A DNA stretch of 64,000 nucleotides from the IMG/VR virus record IMGVR_UViG_3300045912_000789, positions 64,001 through 128,000 of that record. One strand, written 5' to 3'. The notes under the pieces are model-generated. The model was not told the origin of the DNA. It made no database searches and worked only from the letters and a program-made list of their open reading frames with translations. Made by a program: the position numbers and the translations under genes. Positions 63,905-64,000 of the stretch are shown here, piece by piece; position 1 is the first letter of the stretch, and each line of letters begins with the position of its first letter. Source of the DNA: a virus.

Positions 63905-64000
63905 TCAGGTGCCGACGTGGACGTTGAAGATGCGCTGCTTCTTGCCCTGCTGGGCGCGGACGAGGAACGTGTCCTTCTTGGTCGACGAGAAGCCCAGGCC
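63905..64000 (-). CDS. 3' end of a gene truncated by the window edge
   Basis: ...GLGFSSTKKDTFLVRAQQGKKQRIFNVHVGT*. Confidence 0.55.
   Translation of the reverse strand, partial: GLGFSSTKKDTFLVRAQQGKKQRIFNVHVGT

Noticed and set aside
1-64000. Alternative genetic code, inteins/introns, tRNAs, reverse transcriptase/DGR, integrase
   Set aside because: Genes are full length in the standard code with TGA/TAG/TAA all acting as stops; no such motifs or structures recognised by eye (a tRNAscan/Infernal run would be needed to exclude RNAs)

Overview
This window is a fragment of a large, high-GC (~68% by eye) tailed dsDNA phage genome (myovirus, probably jumbo-sized). It is not ordinary bacterial chromosome. 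Minus strand 26-14568 holds a replication/recombination operon: Cas4-like nuclease, resolvase-like nuclease, RecA-like protein, family A DNA polymerase, Zn-rich SSB-like protein, DnaG, DnaB, DUF932, UDG-like protein and SF2 helicase. The plus strand carries morphogenesis genes: portal, terminase large subunit, SMG-type prohead protease, scaffolds, major capsid, neck, tail sheath, tail tube and a baseplate spike. These are interrupted by minus-strand islands (MoxR AAA + vWA/metallopeptidase; gyrB). Four observations stand out. (1) A 2076-aa single-chain, streamlined beta-beta' fused RNA polymerase sits inside the structural gene cluster. (2) There are two promoter classes: sigma70-like, often leaderless, before structural genes and the RNAP, and a phage-specific RTCAW-N16-SCTATNAG motif before minus-strand genes. 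This suggests a virion-packaged RNAP that transcribes early genes. (3) A K-x-[A/S] motif pervades head-associated proteins and is rare in tail and replication proteins. It appears to be a protease-processing/capsid-targeting code that could release glycine-zipper peptides, a ferritin-like domain and DUF6582-like modules from polyproteins. (4) Several replication enzymes have altered catalytic motifs. All calls come from motif reading by eye. No database searches were run, so novelty is untested.
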